Positions 8,930 to 19,100 of a stretch of 42,369 nt of DNA are shown one piece after another. Source of the DNA: Spirochaetota bacterium. GTDB taxonomy: Bacteria > Spirochaetota > B62-G9 > DRHN01. Numbering within the stretch: position 1 is the stretch's first letter; every line of letters begins with the position of its first letter. Location: contig JAUVYC010000001.1 in assembly GCA_030603285.1 (NCBI GenBank), positions 1 to 42,369 on the forward strand. The letters run 5' to 3'. Under the pieces are notes generated by a model. That model was not told where the DNA came from, did no database searches, and worked only from the letters and a program-made list of their open reading frames with translations. The position numbers and the translations under genes are program-made.

Positions 8930-10504
8930 ATGACAAGAGAAAAAACAGAAGTTCTTGTTATTGGGAGTGGAATATCAGGGTGTACATCAGCTATAACTGC
9001 AAGTGCCTCAGGAAAAAACGTTCTTCTCATCACAAAAACATCGGATCCAATGGAATCCAACACCCTTTATGCCCAGGGCGGAATTGTTGTAATCGGAGAA
9101 AACGATACAAAAGAACTGCTTTATGAAGATATAATGAAAGCCGGAGACGGAATATCAAATCCGGAGGCAGTAAAGATTGTAGCTGATGAAGGGCCGTCCC
9201 TTGTGCTTGACTTTCTCATAGGAGACATTGGAGTATCCTTTTCAAAGAATAGTGATGGGAGTTTTCATTTTACCAGGGAAGCTGCACATACAAGAAAACG
9301 GATTCTTCACTACTATGACATGACAGGCTTTGAAATTGAAAAAAAACTTCTCGAAAAGATTAAAACAATAAAAAATATTACTTTCCTTAACGATTTTACT
9401 GCAATAGACTTGATAACAAGCCACCATCATTCAAAAAACCCTCTTTTAAAGTATAAAAATAATTTATGTCTGGGATGCTATGCTCTTAATAATTCAACAG
9501 GAGGGGTTTACACCATGCTTGCTGATGCGACCATAGTTGCCACTGGAGGAATCGGTAAACTCTATCAGTTTACCACAAATCCGGACTGCGCTACAGGAGA
9601 CGGCATCTCAATGGCTTACAGGGCAGGCGCAGATGTAACCAATATGGAGTATGTTCAGTTTCATCCGACAATGTTTTACTCAGAGGAAGAGAGCAGGTTT
9701 CTAATATCTGAAGCACTGAGAGGAGAAGGAGGCAGGCTGCTTAATAAAAATGGTGAAGTGTTTATGGAAAAGTATTCGACGAGGTGGAAAGACCTTGCTC
9801 CACGTGACGAAGTGACGCGTGCAATTTATAATGAGATGGCGCGGACTGAAAGCAGCTATGTATACCTTGATATTGCGCATTATAAAAAAAAGAATTTAAA
9901 TATTCACAATCGATTTCCCGGGATATATGAAGAGTGCATGAAACATAAAATCAATATTGAAAAAGAGCCAATCCCGGTTGTACCGGCAGAACATTACTTT
10001 TGCGGAGGGGTCCTTATCGGTGATTATGGAAACACAACGCTGCCCGGGCTTTATGCGGTAGGAGAATCTTCCTGTTCAGGAGTTCACGGTGCAAACAGGC
10101 TGGCTTCGGTATCTCTTCTTGAAGGGCTTGTATATGGTGAGCGCGCCGGGATCCGAGCATCAAAAGCCCCGAAACACGAGGAGTTCTTTCCTGATATAGC
10201 AGACTGGATATACCCTAAAAATTTAAATACAACAAATAATGACCCCCTTCTTATCCTCCAGGACTGGAACAACCTGAAAAGTACCATGTGGAACTATGTA
10301 GGGATTATACGGACAGAAACAAGACTGTTAAGAGCAGAATCCGACCTGGGAAACCTGTTTGCCCGCATAACGGATTATTACCGGAATACTAACTTAACAA
10401 AGGCAAAGATTGAATTAAGGAATGGAATCATGGTTGCGAATATGATAGCACAATTTGCCCGGAGGAATAATAAAGCAATCGGATGTCATTATATAAAAGA
10501 ATAA
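8930..10504 (+). CDS. nadB: L-aspartate oxidase
   Basis: 524-aa ORF with FAD motif VLVIGSGISG and the succinate dehydrogenase/fumarate reductase flavoprotein-family motifs HYFCGG and GANRLASVSLLEG. RBS ggagag lies 8 nt upstream. Confidence 0.9.
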   Translation: MTREKTEVLVIGSGISGCTSAITASASGKNVLLITKTSDPMESNTLYAQGGIVVIGENDTKELLYEDIMKAGDGISNPEAVKIVADEGPSLVLDFLIGDIGVSFSKNSDGSFHFTREAAHTRKRILHYYDMTGFEIEKKLLEKIKTIKNITFLNDFTAIDLITSHHHSKNPLLKYKNNLCLGCYALNNSTGGVYTMLADATIVATGGIGKLYQFTTNPDCATGDGISMAYRAGADVTNMEYVQFHPTMFYSEEESRFLISEALRGEGGRLLNKNGEVFMEKYSTRWKDLAPRDEVTRAIYNEMARTESSYVYLDIAHYKKKNLNIHNRFPGIYEECMKHKINIEKEPIPVVPAEHYFCGGVLIGDYGNTTLPGLYAVGESSCSGVHGANRLASVSLLEGLVYGERAGIRASKAPKHEEFFPDIADWIYPKNLNTTNNDPLLILQDWNNLKSTMWNYVGIIRTETRLLRAESDLGNLFARITDYYRNTNLTKAKIELRNGIMVANMIAQFARRNNKAIGCHYIKE

Positions 10505-10514
10505 TATGTCTACA

Positions 10515-10550
10515 GCCTGCATGAAAGCCTGCATGAAAGCCTGCATGAAG
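10515..10550. repeat. Tandem repeat, 12 bp x 3 (GCCTGCATGAAA, last unit ends in G)
   Basis: Read directly in the 49-bp convergent spacer between the nadB stop (10504) and the htrA stop (10554). Confidence 0.9.
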
Positions 10551-10553
10551 AAC

Positions 10554-12026
10554 TTATCCTACCGGTACTACGATGTACCCTACTCTTGTGGTTCTGCCGT
10601 CTCTCACAAGGAACAATACCTCACCATCTTTCGCAGCTTCCTTGACAAGATAATTGAACTCCTTTGGATTATTTACCGATTTATTTCCAACTCTGAATAT
10701 GATATCACCTTTATATAATGCAGTATTTGCCGCCGCGCTCCCGGGCTTTACATCGGTGATAATAACTCCTGTCGTTGTTCTGAGCCTGATACGCTGTGCA
10801 ATTTCATCTGTAACCTTTTCAACAGTTAAGCCTAAAAGATCACTCTCCTTATCTACCCTGGCCTCCTGCCGTATTTTTTCCAGCTCACCAATCCTAACTG
10901 TTATCTCAAGTTCCTTTTTATTCCTGAGTAATGTAATTTTGGCCAGTGTGCCGGGTGTGGTTTCTGCAACCGCATTTCGCAGCTGAGTGACATTTTCTAT
11001 TTTTTCTCCATTATATGCAATAATAATGTCTCCCTGTTCAATTTCTGCCTCTGCTGAAGGCCCGTCAGGCAGAACATCCGCAATAATTACCCCTTTAAAG
11101 TTTTTCCCCAGCTTCAGATTCTTTGCTATATCAGGGGTAACATCCTGGATATTAACACCAAGATATCCCCGAACAACTTTTCCATGCTTTATAAGGGAAT
11201 CAGAAATAGCCTTTGCCATATTTGATGGTATTGCAAACCCAAGCCCTTCCGAGCCTCTTGAAGCTGAAACGATGAGAGAATTAATCCCAATGACTTTTCC
11301 TTTAAGATTGATGAGCGGTCCTCCGCTGTTCCCGGGATTAATTGCTGCATCTGTCTGGATAAAATCTTCATATCCTGTAGGTCCGAGTGCACCGATGTTC
11401 GTCCGGTTTTTCGCGCTGATGATTCCTGCGGTAACGGTCCAGTCCAGACCTCGGGGAGAACCGATTGCAACAACCCACTCACCCACTTTACACATATCGG
11501 AATTCCCAAAACTTGCGTACTTCATATCCGGCGTCGGGTCGATCTTCACTACTGCGAGATCAGTGCGTGGGTCTTTACCAATGAGTTTAGCCTGGTGTTT
11601 GGTTCCATCGTAAAGCTCTACATTTATTGTATCAGCATTCTGAACAACATGATTATTTGTAATTATATAGCCGTCTTTACTGATAATCAGACCGCTTCCC
11701 ATGGCCTGTACAGGCACCTCACGCTCTGTCTCATAAGGGGGCCCGAAAAAATACTTGAAAAACGGATCATTTCCAAATGGCCGCTGTGGAGCCTTTTGTA
11801 TAACAGTTCCTGTTACATCGATATGAACAACAGCAGAAGTCAGAATATTTGCAACCTCACTGATTGCGGTTGTGAATCCGCCTTCATCTTTGATAATAAT
11901 TGTAGAAACAGGAGCCGCTTCCTCTGATTTCCCCCTATCAGGGCTGGATCCCATACCTAGAAGGAAAAAAAACACAGCCGTAATAATAATCGCAAGAACG
12001 AAATAAATACTGCTTCTCTTTTTCAT
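10554..12026 (-). CDS. htrA: HtrA/DegP-family periplasmic serine endoprotease with two PDZ domains
   Basis: Catalytic triad contexts TNNHVV, DLAVVKI and GNSGGPL; N-terminal TM/signal; two PDZ-like C-terminal repeats. ATG 12026 has RBS agggg at about 8-nt spacing; the track ORF starts at GTG 12035. Confidence 0.9.
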   Translation of the reverse strand: MKKRSSIYFVLAIIITAVFFFLLGMGSSPDRGKSEEAAPVSTIIIKDEGGFTTAISEVANILTSAVVHIDVTGTVIQKAPQRPFGNDPFFKYFFGPPYETEREVPVQAMGSGLIISKDGYIITNNHVVQNADTINVELYDGTKHQAKLIGKDPRTDLAVVKIDPTPDMKYASFGNSDMCKVGEWVVAIGSPRGLDWTVTAGIISAKNRTNIGALGPTGYEDFIQTDAAINPGNSGGPLINLKGKVIGINSLIVSASRGSEGLGFAIPSNMAKAISDSLIKHGKVVRGYLGVNIQDVTPDIAKNLKLGKNFKGVIIADVLPDGPSAEAEIEQGDIIIAYNGEKIENVTQLRNAVAETTPGTLAKITLLRNKKELEITVRIGELEKIRQEARVDKESDLLGLTVEKVTDEIAQRIRLRTTTGVIITDVKPGSAAANTALYKGDIIFRVGNKSVNNPKEFNYLVKEAAKDGEVLFLVRDGRTTRVGYIVVPVG

Positions 12027-12295
12027 ATTAATCACCCCTATCTTATTAACAACTATAATCTAATATTTTTATTTGAATTTTTCTACAATTTTAATTTCTC
12101 ATCGAGGTTCAAACTTTTTTCTATGAATATTTATTAATCTATTGTATATTTTAATGACTTACAGACAGAGGAGACCTTAGTATGACTTTAAAAGCTCTTG
12201 CTTCAAATACTTTTTTTCATTTCGTGATTTACCATCCGTCCCATCCAGATGAAATACTGGCCTTTATCATCATATAATATAAGGAGAAATCGATC

Positions 12296-13156
12296 ATGCC
12301 GCAGAACAATGAGATACTGGAAAACATGCGCATAGCACCCGAAGTAAACCGTTATAGAATTTATGCCCCTGATATCGCAAATGTGCGGCGGGCGGGACAA
12401 TTTGTTATTATTCGAATTGATGATCACGGCGAGCGAATCCCTCTTACAATCGCCGACGCCGATCCCGACAGGGGTGAGCTTATTCTTATTGTTCAAGAGG
12501 TGGGAAAGACAACAGCACATCTTGCTACACTGAAAGCCGGTGACCAACTGAAAGACATTATTGGACCGCTCGGTTCACCTACTCATATTAATAATTTTGG
12601 GACTGTTGTAATAGTTGGAGGAGGCATTGGAATCGCACCATGTTACCCGATCGCAAAGGCTATGAAGAAAGCCGGCAACCATATAGTTACCATACTCGGA
12701 GCGCGAACCAAAGACTTATTAATTATGGAGGATGAGATGCGAAAGACCTCGGATGAGGTAAACATCTGCACCGACGATGGGTCATATGGTGCTAAAGGGC
12801 TTGTGACCGATCTTTTAAAGAACTATATCGAAGAACAGGGAAATCCTGACCTATGTGTGGCGATCGGTCCTGTAATTATGATGAAATTCGTTGTGGAAAC
12901 ATTAAGGCCTTATCAGATACCGGTAATTGTTAGCTTGAACCCGATCATGATCGATGGCACCGGCATGTGCGGAGGCTGCCGTGTTGAAGTAGGTGGTGAA
13001 ACAAAATTCGTATGTGTCGATGGTCCTGAGTTTGATGGTTATGCCGTTAATTTTGACCTGCTTATGCGCAGGCTAACTCTATACCGAAAGCAGGAGCACG
13101 AAGCGTACGAACTGTTTAAAAGGTCGCACCGATGCCAAATTGAGGCTGAATTGTAA
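12296..13156 (+). CDS. nfnA: NfnA/SudB-type FAD/NAD(P)-binding [2Fe-2S] subunit (PyrK-like) of ferredoxin:NADP oxidoreductase / GltD-type complex
   Basis: 286-aa ORF. PyrK-like motifs RIPLTIAD, GPLG and VGGGIGIAP, plus the C-terminal cluster motif GTGMCGGCRV...FVCVDGPEF. RBS aaggaga. It is followed by a GltD-like gene. Confidence 0.8.
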   Translation: MPQNNEILENMRIAPEVNRYRIYAPDIANVRRAGQFVIIRIDDHGERIPLTIADADPDRGELILIVQEVGKTTAHLATLKAGDQLKDIIGPLGSPTHINNFGTVVIVGGGIGIAPCYPIAKAMKKAGNHIVTILGARTKDLLIMEDEMRKTSDEVNICTDDGSYGAKGLVTDLLKNYIEEQGNPDLCVAIGPVIMMKFVVETLRPYQIPVIVSLNPIMIDGTGMCGGCRVEVGGETKFVCVDGPEFDGYAVNFDLLMRRLTLYRKQEHEAYELFKRSHRCQIEAEL

Positions 13157-13176
13157 AAATAAGTAGACTTTGGACA

Positions 13177-14628
13177 ATGGGAGCAATCGACATGCAAGAG
13201 ATAGCCGCTAAGTTTAAAGAGATTACACCGAAGGAACGAGTTAAAATACCACGCCAGCCAATGCCGCAGCAACACCCGGATAAACGTGTAAAAAATTTCG
13301 ATGAAGTTCCGCTGGGATATACAGTAGAGCAGGCAATCACCGAAGCCAACCGCTGTATACAATGTAAGAAACCCTCCTGTATTGACGGCTGTCCCGTTCA
13401 CATCAACATACCTGAGTTCATTGAATTCATAGCAAAAGGAAACTTCCAGAGAGCTATTGAAAGCATGAAGAAATATAATATGCTGCCCGCGATCTGCGGC
13501 CGGGTCTGCCCACAGGAAGAGCAATGCGAAGCGACCTGTGTGCTTAAACACCGCAGTGAACCAGTTGCAATCGGAAGGCTTGAACGGTTCATCGCTGACT
13601 GGGAGCGTGACCACGGTAAGATTGCGCTGCCCTCTTTAGCACCACCCAGCGGTAAAAAAGTGGCGGTAGTAGGTTCCGGTCCTGCAGGGCTCACAGTAGC
13701 AACAGACCTCAGGCGTTCAGGACACGAGGTTACAATGTTTGAGGCATTTCACGCACCTGGCGGTGTGTTGTTTTACGGAATACCGGGGTTCCGGCTGCCA
13801 AAGAGGATCGTCTGGGCGGAAGTTAAGATTCTTCAGAAGATGGGCGTTGAGCTTAAGCTTAGCCATGTAGTGGGAAAACTTGGAACAGTTGATTCCCTGC
13901 TGGAGGAATATGGGGCCGTCTTTATCGGTACGGGTGCAGGACTCCCTTACTTTATGGGGATTCCCGGTGAAAACCTCACCGGGATATATTCAGCCAACGA
14001 ATTCCTAACTCGCAACAATTTAATGAGGGCATTCGAATTCCCGACCTACGATACGCCAATCGTCGATGTGGGGCGAGTAGCGGTGATCGGAGGCGGTAAT
14101 GTGACGATGGATTCTGCGCGAACAGCACTGAGGCTCGGCGCTGAAAAGGTCTACAATATCTACCGCCGCTCACGCGTAGAGATGCCGGCACGCGATGAAG
14201 AGATTGAACGCGCAGAAGAAGAGGGCGTGATTTTCAAGCTGCTTCATAACCCTGTAAGATATAGTGGCGACGAAAACGGGCGCGTCAAAGAGATGGAGTG
14301 TATACGGATGGAGCTCGGTGAGCCTGATGAAAGCGGGCGTAGACGACCTGTGCCAATCAAGGGCAGCGAGTTCACCATCGATGTCGATACAGTAGTAGTG
14401 GCTATTGGAAACAGTCCTAACCCGCTGATCCCGCGGACGACACCTGACATCAAAGTGGGAAGTCATGGTAATATAGAAGCTGATACTGAGACCGGAAAAA
14501 CATCAAAGAAAGGCGTCTTTGCCGCTGGTGACATAGTGCTTGGCGCAGCTACAGTCATACTTGCTATGGGTCATGCTCGAAACGCTGCATCAGGGATCAA
14601 CGAATACCTGCAAACAGGCAAATGGTAA
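13177..14628 (+). CDS. nfnB: NfnB/SudA-type subunit (glutamate synthase small-chain GltD-like, 2x[4Fe-4S] + FAD + NAD(P)H)
   Basis: 483-aa ORF. Cys motifs CIQCKKPSCIDGCP and CGRVCPQEEQCEATC; dinucleotide folds VAVVGSGPAGL and VAVIGGGNVTMDSAR. ATG 13192 is an alternative start with a better RBS (gggag). Confidence 0.82.
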   Translation: MGAIDMQEIAAKFKEITPKERVKIPRQPMPQQHPDKRVKNFDEVPLGYTVEQAITEANRCIQCKKPSCIDGCPVHINIPEFIEFIAKGNFQRAIESMKKYNMLPAICGRVCPQEEQCEATCVLKHRSEPVAIGRLERFIADWERDHGKIALPSLAPPSGKKVAVVGSGPAGLTVATDLRRSGHEVTMFEAFHAPGGVLFYGIPGFRLPKRIVWAEVKILQKMGVELKLSHVVGKLGTVDSLLEEYGAVFIGTGAGLPYFMGIPGENLTGIYSANEFLTRNNLMRAFEFPTYDTPIVDVGRVAVIGGGNVTMDSARTALRLGAEKVYNIYRRSRVEMPARDEEIERAEEEGVIFKLLHNPVRYSGDENGRVKEMECIRMELGEPDESGRRRPVPIKGSEFTIDVDTVVVAIGNSPNPLIPRTTPDIKVGSHGNIEADTETGKTSKKGVFAAGDIVLGAATVILAMGHARNAASGINEYLQTGKW

Positions 14629-14629
14629 A

Positions 14630-15691
14630 ATGTATAAAAAATCAATCCTCTTAACTCAGGATAAGCGCCTTGAACAATCTATCAAGATGTTGATGCGTAC
14701 CAAAAAAAAGGAGATAGAAACAGAGTTACTTTTACTGTCCGATATCCATTCAATAAAAAATGACATTCATCAGAATAATAATACCATAAACATCAGAGGA
14801 GAATTCGGATATTTTGTTAAAAAGTACGGCTTTCCCTTCATGCTGATCCTTGATTACCAGATAGATTTTAATTTATCTACAGATAACGACCCCGATAAAA
14901 GAAAACTTGTAAGGACTTTTCTGCTTGCCTTTACTCTTCTGGCAAATGGCAAGGGATATGAAAACGCGACTGCAAATATCGTATTTATTATTGATAAAAC
15001 CCAGCATTCTAAAGCATCTCAATTTGCCAGGTATCCTGTATTCCTTTTAGAACAGATCCGGACAAAAGACGAAAGAATAAATGCGATAATAGAGTCCTTT
15101 GCCAGGAATAATGAAAAAGTAAAAAAATTTTTTAAAATATCATACATATTCAAGCCAGAAGACGGAAAATATGCTCAAGAAATTGAAAGGCTTGAAAAAA
15201 TTATAGATATTTATGATAAAATAGTAGTATCAATGTCTGAACCTGTGGTAAAAAAAACAGGAACGGAAATGATATCAGAGGAGCTGGCTCCTGCAGACGT
15301 AATCTGTAGAGCTACCGTAGATAAACTCATCATAAATGGGAAAGCGACTCAAATAACAGAAGAGGGAAAAACCAAATACCTGGAAAAAAACATTCATATT
15401 TTAGGCGCTGTAACCCAGCGAACAATCCCTACTGTAAAAGACCGCATTATCGCCATCTTTAATACTATGGCAAAAATCAAACCTTTTAAAAAAGATGAAA
15501 GAATATTTATTAATATTCCTGATACATCGGTCATAGACGGTTCCTTTGCTATTTCTATCGGCACTTTTCTTTCAAAAGAACTTTCTGAATACACTGGTAT
15601 ATCACTTAATATCGGAAAATCGAACTGCGATAAATTAAAAAATTCCCATGGTTATTTTGCAATAGAGGACTTTATTATAAAAAACTTGTAA
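14630..15691 (+). CDS. Hypothetical protein (353 aa), Lys/Ile/Asn-rich, no motif recognised
   Basis: ATG 14630 lies 1 nt after the nfnB stop (TAA 14626-14628). The track ORF 14540.. is an out-of-frame overlap extension. The stop is 11 nt before nuoE-like. Sampled lines are 25-35% GC against 53-57% in the flanking genes. Confidence 0.6.
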   Translation: MYKKSILLTQDKRLEQSIKMLMRTKKKEIETELLLLSDIHSIKNDIHQNNNTINIRGEFGYFVKKYGFPFMLILDYQIDFNLSTDNDPDKRKLVRTFLLAFTLLANGKGYENATANIVFIIDKTQHSKASQFARYPVFLLEQIRTKDERINAIIESFARNNEKVKKFFKISYIFKPEDGKYAQEIERLEKIIDIYDKIVVSMSEPVVKKTGTEMISEELAPADVICRATVDKLIINGKATQITEEGKTKYLEKNIHILGAVTQRTIPTVKDRIIAIFNTMAKIKPFKKDERIFINIPDTSVIDGSFAISIGTFLSKELSEYTGISLNIGKSNCDKLKNSHGYFAIEDFIIKNL

Positions 15692-15702
15692 GGAAGATAT
15701 TC

Positions 15703-16173
15703 ATGGAAGAACGGCTGAAAAAGATCTTTTCATCTTATACAGGCAAACAACACGAATTAATACCCATCTTACAACATACCCAGAACGAGTATGGGTACCT
15801 TCCTGAGAACATAATGCTCGATATAGCCGGGTTTATAAGGGTTCCGGAAAGTCGGGTATACAGCGTAGCCACATTTTACGGGCAATTTCGTTTCACACCA
15901 AAGGGTAAAAAACATGTGATGGTGTGCCGTGGGACTGCATGCCATGTGAGAGGGGCCCCGAGGATATTGGAAGAAACAGAAAAACTAATAGGAATCAAGG
16001 AAGGAGAAACCTCACCTGATCTTGAATATTCCCTGGAAACAGTGGCATGTATAGGGGCTTGCGGCTTAGCACCCAACATGATGGTAAATGATGTTACCCA
16101 TGGCCGCCTCACAAATAAAAAGATACATGCGATATTCGTTCGGAAAGAAAAGGGAGAATCAGATGAAAAATAA
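15703..16173 (+). CDS. NuoE/HoxE-like thioredoxin-fold [2Fe-2S] subunit
   Basis: 156-aa ORF with the four-Cys pattern CRGTACHVRG...CIGACGLAPNMMVND typical of NuoE/HydC/FdsG. Confidence 0.88.
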   Translation: MEERLKKIFSSYTGKQHELIPILQHTQNEYGYLPENIMLDIAGFIRVPESRVYSVATFYGQFRFTPKGKKHVMVCRGTACHVRGAPRILEETEKLIGIKEGETSPDLEYSLETVACIGACGLAPNMMVNDVTHGRLTNKKIHAIFVRKEKGESDEK

Positions 16174-19100
16174 GAATATAAAGGTTTTTATCTGCCAGGG
16201 CACAGGTTGTATTTCATCAGGGTCTCTTGAAATCAGGAAGACAATCGAAGAAGAAATTAGAAAGATTGGTCTCAAAGATGTTAGTATTGTACCAACAGGG
16301 TGTCACGGCTTTTGTCAAAGAGGACCCATTGTAATCATCGAACCGGAAGGTATATTCTACTCCGAGTTGAGGGTAGAAGATGCTCGTGAGATTGTTCATT
16401 CCCACCTGCTCAACAATAAACCTGTAGAGCACCTTTTTTATTTAGATCCTATTACCGGGAAATCCATTCCCGACTATCGCGATATTAACTTTTATAAAAA
16501 ACAACAGAGGATCATACTCCGGAATTGTGGTCATATTAATCCGGAAAATATAGAGGACTATTTAGAATTGAACGGGTATAATGCACTGAAAAAAGTCCTT
16601 TTAAATATGAAGCAGAAAGAGGTAATTGAAGAGATAAAAAAAGCAGGACTTCGTGGAAGGGGTGGAGCAGGCTTTCCAACAGGTATAAAATGGGAGCTCT
16701 GTCACAACGCACCGGGGTCAAAGAAGTACATGGTATGTAATGCAGACGAAGGAGATCCGGGGGCTTTCATGGATAGAAGCATCCTTGAAGCCGATCCTCA
16801 CAGTGTCCTTGAGGGATTGATTGTCGCCGGATATGCTATTGGGGCAGATGAAGGCTATATTTACGTACGTGCTGAGTATCCATTAGCAGTCAAACGATTC
16901 AGGATTGCCCTCAAACAGGCAGAACAAAAGGGATTTTTAGGAAATAATATAATGGGGACAAGCTTTAATTTTAAAATGAACGTTATGGAGGGTGCAGGCG
17001 CTTTCGTCTGTGGTGAGGAGACCGCGCTTATAACTTCCATAGAAGGAAAGAGTGGAAGACCGCGCCCCAGACCACCGTTCCCAGTTCACTCCGGTTTATG
17101 GAGTAAACCAACAACTATCGATAATGTAAAGACCCTCGCAAGTGTTCCCAGAATAATACTGACAGGTTCTGAATGGTATTCTAAGACCGGGACAGAGAAA
17201 TGTTCAGGAACCGCAGTTTTTGCCCTTACCGGACAGGTTTCGAATATCGGTCTGGTCGAAGTACCAATGGGTACTTCCCTGCGCAAGATAATCTACGAAA
17301 TTGGCGGCGGTATACCAAATAATAAAGCCTTCAAGGCGGTTCAAACAGGCGGTCCTTCAGGCGGCTGCCTTCCGACCCATCTACTGGACCTTCCTGTTGA
17401 TTTCGATTCCCTGACTGCTGCTGGATCAATGATGGGCTCAGGCGGAATGGTTGTTATGGACGAGGATACGTGTATCGTGGATGTAGCCCGCTATTTTCTT
17501 GACTTTACCCAAAAAGAATCGTGCGGTGAATGTGTTCCCTGCAGACTTGGCACAAAACAGATGCTGGATATTCTAACGGACATAACAGAAGGAAAAGGCA
17601 ACCTGGAGGACATTGATCTACTCATTGAGCTGGCTGAGGCAGTAAAAATAGGGTCTCTCTGCGGACTGGGGAAAACAGCACCAAACCCAATTCTCACCAC
17701 CATTAAATATTTTCGCGATGAGTACGAAGCGCATATAAAATATAAGAGGTGTCCCGCCGTAGTATGTAAAGAAATCATCTCATCCCCATGTCAACACACC
17801 TGTCCAATAGATACAGAAGCTTCTACCTATACTGCGCTCATTGCTGAAAAACGGTATAAAGAAGCATTCGATATAATATTAAAAGACAATCCACTTCCCT
17901 CTGTTGTTGCCCGAGTTTGCCACCACCCCTGTGAGTCAAAATGTCAGGCCGGAAAATGGGCAGAACCTATTTCTGTCAGAGCCCTTAAAAGATTTGTTAC
18001 GGACTATGCAATTGCAAATGACTTATACCCGGAAACAAAAAATAAAATCGAAATAGATTTATCCGGTAATGACAAGATTGCAATAATCGGGGCAGGTCCA
18101 GGAGGATTAACCGCAGGTTACTATCTCTCTGAAATGGGGTACGATGTTACGATTTTTGAGGCACTTGAGGTTTTGGGTGGGGCACTTGCAGTATGCATTC
18201 CTGAATACAGGCTGCCCAGGAATATATTGAACATTGATATAGCGCATATTAAAAACTCGGGAGTAAAAATAAAAACAAATACCATGATTGGCAAAGATAT
18301 AGCCTTTGATGAATTATTAAACAACTACAAAGCCATATTTATCGCCACCGGAGCTTTTAAATCACGTAAACTGCAGATAGAGAACGAAGATGCGCAGGGT
18401 GTTTTAGATTCGATGAGCTTTTTAAAAGATGTGAACCTTAACAAAGAGGTGAAAATAGGCAACCATGTTGGAATCATAGGGGGCGGTAATGCTGCTGTAG
18501 ATGCTGCAAGGTGCGCAAAAAGGATTAAAGGCTGCGAAAAAATTACCATATTCTACAGGAGGACGAGGGTTGAGATGCCTGCTTTCAAAGAAGAGGTGGA
18601 TGCTGCTATAGAAGAAGGCATTGAAATCCATTTTTTGACAGCTCCAATAAAAATAGCTGCTGAAAATGGCAAAATTACCGGAATCGAATTAATAAAAATG
18701 AAGCTTGGACACCTGGATTCGAGCGGGAGAAGAAGGCCAATTCCCATTGAAGGTTCGGAGTTTACAGTATCTCCTGATACACTCATTGTTGCAATCGGTC
18801 AGGACCCGGATCTTTCTTTCCTTGGCAAAAACCATGGTCTTACAATCTCTAAATACGGTACCATTGTCGTATCTTCCGAAACATACGCTACGAATAGAGA
18901 CGGGATCTTTGCCGGAGGTGATGTGGTAACCGGTGCAAACACTGTGGTCGATGCTATGTCATCCGGGAAAAGAGCTTCCAAAATGATAGACAAATATATG
19001 AGAGGGGAAAATATTTCTACCGAATATCAACTCACACGCCCCTCCATGTATGTGCCCCCAGTTGAATTAACAGAGGAAGAGATTGAAGAAGCAAAAAGGC

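Noticed and set aside
10515-10550. Possible CRISPR-like array
   Set aside because: It has only three contiguous 12-bp units with no spacers, and no cas genes occur anywhere in the window.
10654-11927. Three long plus-strand ORFs (110, 208 and 110 aa) antisense to htrA
   Set aside because: They lie entirely inside a well-supported HtrA gene and are Ser/Pro/Ile-rich low-complexity translations with no motifs or RBS. This is typical shadow-ORF behaviour.
12203-12547. 114-aa minus-strand ORF in the htrA/nfnA divergent region
   Set aside because: Most of it is antisense to the nfnA coding sequence, and no RBS is present.
13039-13614. 191-aa minus-strand ORF spanning the nfnA/nfnB junction, and 28308..28751 (+) antisense to yedE
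   Set aside because: Both are antisense to conserved genes with clear motifs, and neither has an independent signal.
12296-14628. Horizontal transfer of nfnAB inferred from its higher GC (about 50%)
   Set aside because: Other conserved redox genes in the window (nuoE/F-like, fdhA, fdnG, selB) are similarly GC-enriched relative to the AT-rich background. The contrast is better explained by amino-acid and codon constraints. Only the orphan ORF 14630..15691 stands out locally.
14540-14629. Upstream extension of the orphan ORF into nfnB (and likewise 16088..16162 for the nuoF fusion into nuoE-like)
   Set aside because: The extensions overlap the preceding conserved genes out of frame. Internal ATGs placed at the upstream stop codons (14630, 16163) give classical coupled starts.
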